Below, one piece after another: positions 22,501 to 28,297 of a stretch of DNA of 57,915 nucleotides (position 1 is its first letter; each line of letters starts with the position of its first letter). Location: positions 1 through 57,915 of the IMG/VR virus record IMGVR_UViG_3300023296_000219. One strand, 5' to 3'. The position numbers and the translations under genes were made by a program. Source of the stretch: a virus. Taxonomy: Duplodnaviria > Caudoviricetes. The notes under the pieces were generated by a model, which saw only the letters and a program-made list of their open reading frames with translations, did not search any database and had not been told where the DNA came from.

Positions 22501-24397
22501 TAACATCAACATGGAACCATCTGTTAGAGCGTGACCATGCATTTCTATTAATTGCATCTCTGGCTATCGTGATATAATCTGGAGTTACTGGAATAAACAA
22601 CTCTGTGTCAAAGTTGCCGATTGAATAATTCAAACTATCATAAGGTATGTAGTTTGTTCCAGTAAAGTCTTCTGGTACTGTTAGGTCTGTGGTAGATACA
22701 AGTTCAATTGCTTCACCTACGCCGGCTACATAATATTCACCAGTGAGGTAACTTGTTGGGCTAACATCACCATCAAATTGTATTTTTAATCCATTGGTAA
22801 ATACTACACCATTGGTTGATGTAAATGTTTTTTGTCCTATTATATCAGTAGTAACATCTAATGTGTTCGTCAGGTTACTATCAATTAATTTTATCATACC
22901 AACTTTGTTTGCAAACGTGCCGTCTTGATAGTACAAAGTGTCTAGTAAAGCCGACAGATAAGGAACACGCAACAAAATACCAACAAGACTTCTGTAAAAA
23001 TCTAAACCGATGTATGCAGTTCCGAAGCTTACCGTAATCTTTTCGTCAGATGGGATTACTCCAGCTGGGATTAAACGAATTGTTGGATCAGATGAATCAC
23101 CAACATACGTAATTGTATAGTAGTTTTCACTAACGTTAGTATAGAAGCCTTCATCAAACAAGCCTTCATTAACGTTTCCAATCATCGTTCCTGTGTTAGC
23201 AGTAAGAGTTTGTGCGGGTCCATTAAGTGTTAACGAGACTGTAAATTCTGTTGCACTAACGATAGATTTTACATAGTAAATTGTGTCGAGGGATAGTCCA
23301 CCTAGCAACGGTGCGCCCGCTGATGATGAAAACGTAATTGTTTGATTGGGAACCAGATCAGTAGTAACACCTGATGTAATTAGTTTATTTGTTCCACCAG
23401 CGACTGTTTCTGTGATTTCCAATGTAACTGCAGGAACCAAATCAGGAGATGTTAAATTAACATCATAGTTTGCTCCGCTCTCATCAAAGAATGATGATAC
23501 GAAACCTACTTCATTTTCCTCTCCTGTATCATAGAACATCACAGATAGATTTTCAAGTGACGTTACGCCATCTATGCTTCCTAGTTCGCTAAGAGTCTTG
23601 CCGTTAACGTCAGCAAATAATGCAGTGCTTACTACGCCAACTAAGTTGTTGCCTGGAAACAAAAATTGATCTTGTGCATTTCTGGCGGGAACTGTAAATG
23701 AAACATAACCATCTGTAGCACCGTTGTTGTTAACACCTAGAACTTGTCTAGTATCCTGTGCACCTGATAACCCTGTAGTTCCAGGTACGCCCTGAATCCA
23801 AAATTGAGTTTCTTGATCAACTGCGAAACGATATGTACCGCCACGAAGTAAGGTAACAGTTGGATTAAGTGTCCCTGAAGATGCGCCTAACAATTTTACA
23901 TTGTAAGCACTTGCCGTATCAGTGACTTTATAGTCTGTTTCTGAGAAGACAATAGCAGACGCAACTGTGACCACTGGTGGTCCTGCAGGTATCCAGTAGT
24001 ACTGGTTAAAATTAATTAGTTTATCTAATGCCGTGAAAGAATCCCAAGAATAGAATTGGCTTTCGAACAATCGACTATTGTTAAGCGTGACTCCGCCCTT
24101 AAGTTTAATCGCATCAATCAACTCTGGGTAACTTAGAAAGTCTTTTGCAGATGCTTGATTGTTGTTTAAGAATGCGACACCGGGAGACAACTGGTAATCG
24201 GTTCTCGTTTTGTTTGGCTCAGTTACATAGTAATCTTTTGCGTTGACACCATAACCAAACTCGCTTCCCACATAACCTTGCAATCTTTCTGTCTTTGGAG
24301 GATTAACTAGTTGGTCAAGTGTTGCTCCCAAGAACTGTGTATTCGTGGAAGTTTTGAATATCTCTGGTAAAAAATCTACTGTTCTTATTCTTGACAT
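4508..24397 (-). CDS. giant 6629-aa virion structural protein (baseplate wedge/fibre scaffold, gp7-position)
   Basis: Uninterrupted 19.9-kb ORF directly downstream of the gp6-like gene. It has ~15 copies of a G..YYV..I....F beta-domain repeat, propeller-like segments and five copies of a 46-aa module. Confidence 0.8.
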   Translation of the reverse strand: MSRIRTVDFLPEIFKTSTNTQFLGATLDQLVNPPKTERLQGYVGSEFGYGVNAKDYYVTEPNKTRTDYQLSPGVAFLNNNQASAKDFLSYPELIDAIKLKGGVTLNNSRLFESQFYSWDSFTALDKLINFNQYYWIPAGPPVVTVASAIVFSETDYKVTDTASAYNVKLLGASSGTLNPTVTLLRGGTYRFAVDQETQFWIQGVPGTTGLSGAQDTRQVLGVNNNGATDGYVSFTVPARNAQDQFLFPGNNLVGVVSTALFADVNGKTLSELGSIDGVTSLENLSVMFYDTGEENEVGFVSSFFDESGANYDVNLTSPDLVPAVTLEITETVAGGTNKLITSGVTTDLVPNQTITFSSSAGAPLLGGLSLDTIYYVKSIVSATEFTVSLTLNGPAQTLTANTGTMIGNVNEGLFDEGFYTNVSENYYTITYVGDSSDPTIRLIPAGVIPSDEKITVSFGTAYIGLDFYRSLVGILLRVPYLSALLDTLYYQDGTFANKVGMIKLIDSNLTNTLDVTTDIIGQKTFTSTNGVVFTNGLKIQFDGDVSPTSYLTGEYYVAGVGEAIELVSTTDLTVPEDFTGTNYIPYDSLNYSIGNFDTELFIPVTPDYITIARDAINRNAWSRSNRWFHVDVINATATYNNDPTIITTYATGAAKAKRPIVEFYPNLKLFDSGSEAKAPVDFVDTRTTNAFDKVANQAQYYPDIESYTLYTATIAASSGATSTTITIATTDITSPLQVGQYITDSTNLLPINTTITTSVVSGDNTILTVGWSSPSTFASTTVASIVGSGTTVNNYALFSGARIVFASDTNLQVKNKIWVVGFSVISFGSPAVITLTESEDSPINADNQTVALRGFNYQGSTFWFDGLSWQEAQQKSTVNQAPLFDIYDKDGISFGDATIYQGTSFLGNKLFAYGVGVGTNDPILGFPVRYSDISNAGDISFDISLNVDIFSYVTGTTPVTAKVNTGYVYNYSDRTTKTRELGWQTAIAPSVQYQIFELEYNTGSTASFTCDVQVLADDVTITEKWPSAQVYINNVYQLPSAYTITSTATETTVTLNTAPTTDTPIQILLLSNQTSETAYYSIPINLSNNPFNADLEIADLGDIRSQYQDIFVNAPGTAGAVFGSNNYRDLGNLAPYGTKIIQNSAAVVLPSVFLRRSNHNLFDALQFNAHQYVQYKQQLVKTVNDIDWDQRFDPGYILDTALEKLTSAKSETGSFFWSDMLPSQAPHKSNIYTFANALQESIYPLSQTYDFTKANYNGVLVYLIRTVSGVTKTTQLVRNVDYTVSTSAPSLTVTEDLIAGDKITINEYTQTYGSFVPNTPSKLGMYPKWKPEVVLDSNYQTPTYMLRGHDGSYTSLYSLDYTPAVGLTDFRDQALLEFETRIYNNIKLSTVVPIQAYEVLPGFFRASTYSTEDYLKIYSSQFLNWAGQNRIDYKTQTGYTKTNQFSFNYSEQGNRLTETPITQGYWRGVYEYFYGTSQPNTAPWEMLGFSEIPSWWTAQYGPAPYTNQNGIMWTDIEAGLIYNGSTALSVTVPELKRTGLSKILPVDEHGTLLSPFDALLGNYDTNTFQKNWKVGDDAPAEFSYRRSASYPFDLMRIFALTKPADFFNLGADLDNYKYSTEFNQYLANDRSHLDISAISIYGDGTAKTSYINWIVDFEKQQGTDATTEITSQLRNVDVRLIYRLAGFSDKTLLKFFVEKATPNSDNASLLLPDESYNVLLHDNQPSGDLKYSSVVIQLVSNGWKVFGNSQSQAYFTIDQPITISNNRTIAVDNASVKVANAYTQTETKEKLIPYGTQFYTIQELAQFLASYGNWLTRKGMVFDSIDNGVEINWDIMIKEYLYWTQFNWENGSLITVNPSAQSLKIEKDSEIVQPLTIEQSNFLLNQNAYPIAIKDLAIERLDTKFEVKTLNSGDTMSYGQFNLSNMEHGIVFDNTTVFNDVLYNLITGLRQSRIYLRGSKTAEWNGTVFASGFILNQDNVVEWVPAMKYAKGTIVTYKAKYWTAIKTIEPSAVFAELDWVETDYDQIQKGLLPNSSTRSYESTLYYDSTKANLESDADQLSFSLIGFRPRDYLATINLTDITQVNVYKNLIKTKGTPNSISAFKGAKLATGGIDYDVFENWGILSGEFGGTLNNNFADFKLNETKLTGNPSIVSLTTGTPTIGSQQEVPLGNLFNYSRPITSPQILSTLGVESPLSLYPTAGFVNYNDVKMASYYYANLPTARNAEAIPVPINDFYVRDFVWLANFKENWRVYAWKPVGRVTAVTPNTDNTTTITFANPHGLSKLDPVSFINVSSTVNGYHIITRVNTLTEVTINLTLAEQPQNLAGNGIGLTFVDQRVAKPADINTMDLNEAEFTQNTVWVDEATDGQWGVYRKSINYDLTKNLNRADGQTFGSAVAYTARMGYLIGDSTAGKVYRYGYNTATKEFDLDVGSTLTGSLSFGSKIEYSGNLFVITEPDNGTSGLAQSKVRIYTLNDTVLSDDITLLQTITFAGNYADSIALSDDKEWLYIGDTTTSGRIRAYRRQHIPLLAGFFETTETYEITSVGTTDWKAIGALDNKVGIVFVATGVGSGTGTANQITYQALPTTIEGSTAPVSAITGDNFGYAISTDNNGDTISVSAPNKASPTAKSNWGSNYIYSRLVQNIETQYNAQPAQPYNFNQAWTTLHVARTANDVTSNVITFVGTAITADFTNRPVVFNVGGTYGDSGISPNQVYYMQYISAQSFSLKTTRSTIDVITLVDDATADFILYDQADSLHVSVNGTFVDDNNYASIGTIFRYFGSLIAGDIVTVGSNVFTWVQTMNSSLDERVGTQFGYDNAMTSFGSEILVGAPGEIRIAGEVQTDGSVYRYTNGGGKYGTVIGTGDCTLTADRKLLINGYLVQLVSGSTATEIASLINEYSITNVVASATVDNKLVISVTNTNLALINEKLLLQAPNTDTFGELGIPVYTNTQVITAPHNESRTLFGNTIEFNESDSVVISAPASTRYLGTTFDFIDDSNLDNDTLFDNNATRFVDTWDNAGAVYMYDYLANYNGSVANSGKFVYAQNINNTDQNYGFQPLYGTSLDFSDNKVVIGTPNLSYGDLEGQITVYENASGLKDWALHRQSSAVVDINKIQNAQIYSAETNDTLINLDYIDPMQGKLLGAVRENLDFVNNVDPAYYNAELGGVNAGLIWGIRQVGNLWFDTTNVRWLNYHQNDVEYNARHWGRVFPGSRVSVCTWVRSNVSPDRYTGPGTPRSLTQYSVEASLNASNTVIPTYYFWVLNTDTVMSAEGKTLSDTTLENYIRNPRLSGIAYFVPLLQNTFALYNTGEYVNNTDSVFHIGFATGNNDDPSHQEFNLIRANFSDDFLPGLPKFGVQTPSNSPRGLYDRLLDSLSGVDEIGEVVPNPYLPKAVQSGVLSRPRQSFFFSRFLGLENYLNYANTVLAQFPIAETRQDATYLSKTGTYYDTTTYWEYVNWWLPTTNPVGQYNNNTKSTASVAIYADLAALVVDAGTIVTVETNGNGKWEVYRFDGNGVWTRIGLENGTIKFKIYLWDYAAGKTGFGENFFDTDTYDDYPSEETRWIIRALNEQIYIDELVSFRNKSLIILFEYIQSETDESQNYLPWLTKTSLVDVSHVIRDLEPIQNYQGDNQDFLAGYINEAKPYHVVIKDFLFKYTGLDTWQGNVTDFDLPAEYQTSSLSYVSPQLVYQNANSNAQFLPIDPIWSSPQYTSWYNNYGVSITGIPDYQLTVLGEYMTLGSTFLFVDNAQGFPINGIIQIGTEIIGYSSVDRALNLLSGLQRGINGTTAVAHIPGAKVFMDLPAVIVLDGGKNYIEPPEITAYIDTTNYPEPRVLAQLEAVMSVGSVISVNVINPGEGYAVLPEIRIAPADQLFFANADINSTLHTIKLFAPNIMTGDLIQYKDAIAGAAVGKLVNDQWYYINVLETNPTTIVALYTNYNDAVTETSRVKLVAGTVDGDFALNIGAKASAITSSSPVRQNQLAMRFDRTTYKSQITDWETNVYYGSFFAGGYFNSENVSSSSISLQASQPPITSIAASAEGAIFEIADISNNQDILYTTFARRVTNTTATGNKITLNPYDEGTGAVNSSGSTIGFTVGMPIKFSGATIGNIIAGTVYYVKSVDSITEFTISATNGGTTFVVTDATAPLSGIDAFAGEVTDTAVLTLNYPGMLIVTATASTSNKITIPQSIIGTGGTDGFYPGIPLFFTGTTFGGILEDDVYYVTTVVDNETITLGASATSVSTTVLGTTTSTNVVTVSSTTGFAVNDAVIFNNMRNLSTNLVALSYGGIVSGTLYYVNEVVSDTELKIATQINAGVLALSDAFLIDAGSFTIGNTYQIVTVGTTIFTDIGAINNTVGTVFIATGVGAGTGVATSTTALLGNQKDTLDLTTATGAMTMNVSLPIAPGQVTGQQFTLYNTSSFYSDITTGVLSNTIDRACYATLEGDVGEGTNDRIALSNLDNGTINFYVGMPLEFNTVPVGSGLATGTTYYVRDFSDPDDKTTYISVSCSTTSSSTNEITCLDTSSLWVNMPIIFSGIGLGNIIIGDQYYIKAIVDATHFTIATTPGGSAYDLLTDNGVMTGTGSPWVRLNDISDAIIPISADTNTEFSLTQTPTTSAIVDMAFKLGGYRAILSNAGVGYAITNKITISGAEIGGTTPANDATLEVNTVSSTGAITSLIVAGDPADKVTKYFLKITTANQLEVYSDARMTVPVSGIGFDFVGFTSTDVVETFEPSNKIELTDISGFTVNDEIVFMGTIPVDGGGNPYFASTTSTSYYIKTIDTADDTIQISLDPGGSVINVAVSSVTPVTGLTIAKAGSYAFLPEPFYFNQSIVKYLNRVYRCTISNNDTEFVIGKWEELRSDDRVLNALDRVEGYYRPTVNMPGLDLTQLFSGVTYPNAVYLGNAFAPEDQYSIDTELKGQDFYPTGVSITSVLWDGTNYLASSNLSTYSGLLTSGAGTNWTIKQIASSVVGITDIVLGAGIYVMSSTNTATPIYRSSDGIIWTTNSSALTIPAVQLNSVAYRNNYFVAVGDEIVQSDDSYAWLSRKTYDTELAVTLYGVQSVDTSGFAGFIAVGKGKKKDYSTGLTELIDTNIIVYSYEATGEFWQDGPSLTPNGFNAVDSDGTIALVVGENNVVYQTNNGGSWTGVNEVSVVSVNSVTDQINSTSTAGFLNSDQIVFSDSFSSLTAGVVYYVKVISSTQVEIYSNVGLSTQITLIDDVIPLQCRMSLYDSTAQTLRDVIYADSIWMTVGDNGRIQTSADGLIWTTQTSGTTSDLNGINYNSDTDAFIVVGDDNTIIQSTDAGVTWISTSVFTVAEPIYDVKGADFSYGYGPEELVPGLIKDNLTMTVASRPGTVWDVTEYSHVGYNVVSNIMGPTTEFQVDYSFDQMVQYPINLSLQIIDATTGLGTTLAKSNYTINWLTKVITLDTALTFLPMQTLRIDVYEVGNGNQLVKGSTDTDAIRTVDETGFDDIYVNCNYSSTFFQGSGLIRTGSHAIETLATQTVADGDIIVCDSVTDFTINDDISFQGVVFGNIVGDTTYYVKSISTATSSITISESIVSGQAGPTFILVDATGSMIVNIDTGTGTVWTDPIVYHNGNKLVLGRTNSVSRTKASNNAITTGTTVGLVVGSRIYFAATMFGDVTPNTEYYVKAIIDGDEFTISETIGGPEATLIDASGVSAYVSNDYAIAQQPNGIQAKLVFGPPNSYTNETDYIVYSLFGESATATQYGYSVPEIQEFTGNGSSASFALTNYVGDNNITNAIVEVAGLRQTRSQYTISSGLNTILFNSPPAIGASISVLTYNDTMRQYLTSQYGISGIAGSAFTTITVTATTHTEGTFDQGVATLAGDFNIGTEYTIVSTGTTDFTLIGAANSTPGTVFEATGAGTGTGTARATLQAYNQGDLSSTAGNFVAGVTYTIVSTGTTDFTLIGAANSTPGTVFEATGIGAGTGTATSTTVAGDFNIGVTYIIVSTGTTDFTLIGAADSNPGTVFVATGIGIGTGTGTATITVTYDELLDTLTCTDTSVLTVDEPIVFSNPTIGGITAGITYYILEIIDATTFTVSLSIGGIQVTVTTDSGSMVGTSNAITVANISNIDTAVSAPLANTNATATAVTTNVITFTSTVGFVVDQTIFFTGTNFGNLEQGTIYFVDTVSLDGTTATIKDSGGTQVVLAPGSGNMLVEVGGSPTTRITTGIPHALANDILCTIDGTLGSVGLNGNSYYVKIIDATRFDIYTQVYNPGLDAVNYPVTGISTYVSGGYVWRQGTFFLTTTVASETSVTNDLITVASTADLVVNTPVIFTQQGQQAGATVLGGLIQGTTYYVKSIDVNGVDFSVGATRSATTTITLTNETGTMNVTQWEQTNVDRLWVTVNGYRLPNNKLKISSDNEVSLLTDIAPGDVVIMTNMIPYSTPNEEIYLNLVNASQEASIYRANVQTRTWLSASIEVLAQNVFVGDVTRVTNSIIQNVLAPTPVDSIYSIGLTSEKTILSSVVVLNTTTGVTLSSSTYSVEIENLAPILKITDGAYISVNDSLTITSIEGATMYINGEQINFASVDFDNNSVGGLQRGANGTAMQTVIPKYTEVFSLLSANKLSSVYYNQTWNSYEFNTIQGDPLQISNTVSAQFLQTDIT
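6381..6862 (-). repeat. three tandem copies of a ~46-aa coding module, including an 87-bp exact repeat (6566-6652 = 6749-6835)
   Basis: Direct sequence comparison; peptide AG(D/N)FxxGxxYxIVSTGTTDFTLIGAAxSxPGTVFxATGxGxGTGTA. Confidence 0.92.
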
Positions 24398-24415
24398 GTT
24401 ATATAATTAAAACCT

Positions 24416-27400
24416 TTAAGACTGCAATGTTGCAGGAGTTAATGCTGACACAATTACAATATTACTTGCACTGGCCGCGTTTACGAATATTTCATACGGT
24501 CTGGATTTAATTTCATATAAATCACCAAACAATTTTTCTGGGTCATTTGAAACAAGTACGACAGAACTTACCAGTCCTCCTATCATTTCGTGTACATACG
24601 CACTCAACTCAGAGAAAAAGAAAGTATCGCCGAAGGTCCAATTATTAATACTAAAGTACGTGTCCATTGTAGCTAACACCGAACTTCTAATTTCACTATC
24701 AGATGCATTTGTTGTCCTTGATTTGATCACTTTGATCGTCGCTTGCAATGCTGGGTCTGCATTAATACCAAATAATGGCTTGAATGTTACACTATTTAAT
24801 ATAACTGAATCCGACAACATTTTGTAATCTTGAATCAATGGATATGCTATCTGCAATTCATTCAAGGTTGGCATTTCTGGCTTTACTACAGTATCGGTTG
24901 TGTCTCTGATCCAATTTTGATATGCTGTGTAATATGCTTGCGTTACCAGATATAAATCAATAATGTTCGTTGTTGCTGGGTCAATGCGCGTAGTATTGTT
25001 GGCATTGTGTCTATATTGATAGTCTAGTCCCTGCCGCCCTGATTTGGTAGAGTAAGTAGTCTGTGCAGTTACAAGATAGAAGGGCGTTGTTACCGTTGCA
25101 TCTTGTACAGTCCTGAAGAATAATCCATCTGTGTATGCATAGAACAATTGCCCTACTGGGAATTCATATTTTACAATTTCAATTTGATTTTTAGTTCCGT
25201 ATGCATATACAACATCTGTATTAGGAACAATTAACTGACGAGTTAAGTTAACTGGATCAGTTACTGTATTAAAGAATACATAGACTCCAGTGTTTGCTCC
25301 GTTGTTGACATATCCAGTGATGTCACTAAAGAAATCTGGATTAAGAATCAGTTGTCCGTTATTAACATCAGTGGCCGCAACTTCGACTTGGAAATCGTTG
25401 ACGTATCCATCTGATTCCACTGTCTGACCTAGAATATTAACTTTAGTGTCTGCACCTAATGCGGTGCTTGCGCCAAACTTTGGGTTAATACCTAATATGT
25501 TAATGAAATCTTGTATGATTTTACCTGTGAACGGATCATACACTAATTCGTTCTGACTAAAGGTGAAACGAGTGTCTGCTACACTACCAAAGTAATATGT
25601 AAGCGATCTATAAGTTACCGTGTACCGATTATTACCTAAGCTTGTAAACTTAACAAAGTAGTTAGTTGCGCCCGCCGCGCCTATCGACCAACGTTCTTGA
25701 TTGATTAACAATGAATTATCAAAAACTAGTGTAAAATTTTGTTGCAATTCAATTTTGAGAATCGCTTCTTGTATAACAGTTGCTGATAATGAATTATCAA
25801 ACACCGGAATAACGTCTGATACTGTTACATTGTCAGGGATAAAGCCATTAACTGTCACTGGTCCAGTGCCATTTGCAAACGTGCCATTACCGTTGTTATT
25901 ACCATCACCAACCACATTTAATATTGTTGACCAGATGTAATTCTTTTGACCATTTAATGGGATGCCTGCAACTAGTCTATTGTTACTGTCAAAATAGTAG
26001 CCAGCCGAAGCATTAAGTTTTATAATGGCGCCACTTGTCATGTACTTTGCGTTAGTCGTAGTAAATGTACCAAGAGGGGTAGGATTTTCAATAGTTCCTG
26101 TTAACGTGTAGAAATAACCCGATTCACTTGAAGCATCTACTGAACTAGTTTTCCAAAACATTGTTGTTCCGCCACTAGTGCCTGGATATGCATAGCGTGT
26201 ATAATTTTGTATGTAATATTGATTTGATCTGTTTAATGCTAATACAGATGCAAGATCCTCAGTGAAGAAACGTATAATATCAGATGTATTGTCTACTTGC
26301 AATGTTAAAAAGCCGTCTGTGTCAGTCTGGTATAAAGCCCCATCGTCTCCGAAAGAGTTTGTGCTTGAGTACTTGCCAGTGGGGTCAAGTAAATCCAAGT
26401 TTTTAGAAACACCGATAGAACTTCTATTGACTGCTTTTGATTTAATGATGGAGTTATAAAGAGTATACGGGAAGTTAGTGTAGTCTTCTCCGTTAACCAT
26501 ACGATTTTGCGTATAGTACCTAGTAGGTGCTCGTTGTTTGATTGCAGTTAATGATTCTCTAGGTTGTGCATTGGTCACTGGCAGTGGTAACGTAAAGTTC
26601 ATTGATAATGTTTCGTTTCTGCCTGTTCTACCTACGTAGGTTATCGTTACTGCAATACCATTCATTTCAGAAGGATCAATTGTATATGCTAGTGCGTTAC
26701 TTGAGCGGACATACGCTCTGAAGTTGCCTACGGGCATCTCCGAGAACACTCCGTCACCAAAGACATATGTTACTTCATCATTCGCACGTGATCCAACTGA
26801 AAAGATTTTCTTATCACTTGACTCTGTTTGTAAATATGCATCAGAATATACATTTTCTACTTGTTTCCAAGTACCAAAAGTATTGTCTGCGTTAATTTGA
26901 TACAACCACGTGTCAGTTTGATTGACACCGTTAATATCAATGTTTATTGATTGGTTTGAAATTTGTTGCTGAAAAGTAAAGGCAGAGTTCTTCAAACTAC
27001 CTTGCTTAAAGTAGAACATGAAGCCAGTATTCGGTGATCCGAAGCCTAACTTATCATTTCTATACAACATGTTAATTTTACCAGTAGGAGCAGGCGGGAT
27101 TTCATACACATATGTTTTGTCTAGTGTAGTTCCGCTTACTAATTCAAAGTTCATTGCTTGGCCGTCAACCTGAGAGGTAAACGGGACAATAGGCAGTGTG
27201 TTGTTAGGAATGCGGATGCCATATTCGCTTGTGGTAACACCAAGAATCTCAGCCGTGTTGCCTGGTTTTCCGATGCGCTGGGTATCTACCATCGTAGCAT
27301 TAAAGATAGTGTTCATCTGCTCTAACCAATTAGCGTTAGATGGATCATTCCAATTAACTGGAACGTTGCTTAAATTAATGCCGTTGGCGTCAGTAATGTT

Positions 27401-27781
27401 TTCTGTTGTTCTGATAGTCGATATTTTTAAATATCCTGAGCCACATGAATTTCTTTTAGGAGTATAACTTACCAAGTCTGCGAGTTTAACAACTGAATCT
27501 CGGCGTTCAGCAGTATCAAGAAAGTTCTCTCTGGTGTTGAGATCGTTTCTGAATGCAAGACCTTGTCCCATAAACGCCATGACATCGAGTAGAGCGATAA
27601 ACTCTGAACTTTCGATATAATCATTGTATGTTTCAGGATAATAAAGTCGCAGGTAATCAATCATGCTCTTACGAAGAGTCTCGTAATCATAACTTCGGAA
27701 GTCAGCTTCTCGGAAGGTTTCGTAGATTGCTTTCCAATCATTTACCCCGAATAGACTCGATTGCCTTGAACTTGTTGCCAT
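24416..27781 (-). CDS. baseplate wedge subunit, T4 gp6-like
   Basis: 1121 aa with N-terminal DF..YD..LR..., LLD..A, ENFLDTAERRDSV..LA..SY.PKR and later IKQRAP..YYTQNRMV..EDY motifs; adjacent to gp25. Confidence 0.85.
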   Translation of the reverse strand: MATSSRQSSLFGVNDWKAIYETFREADFRSYDYETLRKSMIDYLRLYYPETYNDYIESSEFIALLDVMAFMGQGLAFRNDLNTRENFLDTAERRDSVVKLADLVSYTPKRNSCGSGYLKISTIRTTENITDANGINLSNVPVNWNDPSNANWLEQMNTIFNATMVDTQRIGKPGNTAEILGVTTSEYGIRIPNNTLPIVPFTSQVDGQAMNFELVSGTTLDKTYVYEIPPAPTGKINMLYRNDKLGFGSPNTGFMFYFKQGSLKNSAFTFQQQISNQSINIDINGVNQTDTWLYQINADNTFGTWKQVENVYSDAYLQTESSDKKIFSVGSRANDEVTYVFGDGVFSEMPVGNFRAYVRSSNALAYTIDPSEMNGIAVTITYVGRTGRNETLSMNFTLPLPVTNAQPRESLTAIKQRAPTRYYTQNRMVNGEDYTNFPYTLYNSIIKSKAVNRSSIGVSKNLDLLDPTGKYSSTNSFGDDGALYQTDTDGFLTLQVDNTSDIIRFFTEDLASVLALNRSNQYYIQNYTRYAYPGTSGGTTMFWKTSSVDASSESGYFYTLTGTIENPTPLGTFTTTNAKYMTSGAIIKLNASAGYYFDSNNRLVAGIPLNGQKNYIWSTILNVVGDGNNNGNGTFANGTGPVTVNGFIPDNVTVSDVIPVFDNSLSATVIQEAILKIELQQNFTLVFDNSLLINQERWSIGAAGATNYFVKFTSLGNNRYTVTYRSLTYYFGSVADTRFTFSQNELVYDPFTGKIIQDFINILGINPKFGASTALGADTKVNILGQTVESDGYVNDFQVEVAATDVNNGQLILNPDFFSDITGYVNNGANTGVYVFFNTVTDPVNLTRQLIVPNTDVVYAYGTKNQIEIVKYEFPVGQLFYAYTDGLFFRTVQDATVTTPFYLVTAQTTYSTKSGRQGLDYQYRHNANNTTRIDPATTNIIDLYLVTQAYYTAYQNWIRDTTDTVVKPEMPTLNELQIAYPLIQDYKMLSDSVILNSVTFKPLFGINADPALQATIKVIKSRTTNASDSEIRSSVLATMDTYFSINNWTFGDTFFFSELSAYVHEMIGGLVSSVVLVSNDPEKLFGDLYEIKSRPYEIFVNAASASNIVIVSALTPATLQS

Positions 27782-27800
27782 AGTAGTTTCCTGTTTATTA

Positions 27801-27821
27801 TATTTATCTTTCTGGAAAACC
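27801..27821 (-). promoter_or_regulatory. late promoter GGTTTTC-N8-TAAATA
   Basis: GATAAATA upstream of the AGGA SD of the gp6-like gene. Confidence 0.6.
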
Positions 27822-27829
27822 GACTATTT

Positions 27830-28279
27830 TTAAGCTAGAGCGGCAGTATTAGATTGTGAATCGAAGAATAATGCCAGATCGCCTGCGTTGTTAAAAGGAT
27901 TAATTGAGAGTTGAACTTCAACTAAAATGCCATTCTCTCGTGGAAATGCTCTGATCGTGTTGAGAGCTAATCTTGGGTCTAAATTTGCAACTCGTCTAAC
28001 TTCATTCTGTACCGCATTAACCACATCAGTTGTGTTAGGTTCAAAAATAAAGTCCCAAAGAGTAGTACCGTAATTAGGTTTGCCGACTTTTTCACCCTGT
28101 CTAATATTAAGTGCATTAACTAAATCTTGGATCACTAATTGTTCATCGACCAATCTAAACTTTTTACCGAATATGATAGGATTTGTGATGCCATTCGTCG
28201 GACCGTCAAGGCCTGGTACCTGATTGACAGTTCTGGCTTTGTTCGAGTTTATCGATGAGAATCCTACGTATTGTGGCAT
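27830..28279 (-). CDS. baseplate wedge subunit, gp25/GPW family
   Basis: DL.N.L....GE....P.YGT.L.D.IFEP....DPR signature. Confidence 0.9.
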   Translation of the reverse strand: MPQYVGFSSINSNKARTVNQVPGLDGPTNGITNPIIFGKKFRLVDEQLVIQDLVNALNIRQGEKVGKPNYGTTLWDFIFEPNTTDVVNAVQNEVRRVANLDPRLALNTIRAFPRENGILVEVQLSINPFNNAGDLALFFDSQSNTAALA

Positions 28280-28284
28280 AATAC

Positions 28285-28292
28285 TATTTATA
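28285..28292 (-). promoter_or_regulatory. consensus T4 late promoter TATAAATA, 5 nt from the gp25 ATG
   Basis: Minus strand reads TATAAATA GTATT ATG. Confidence 0.75.
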
Positions 28293-28297
28293 TCCTT

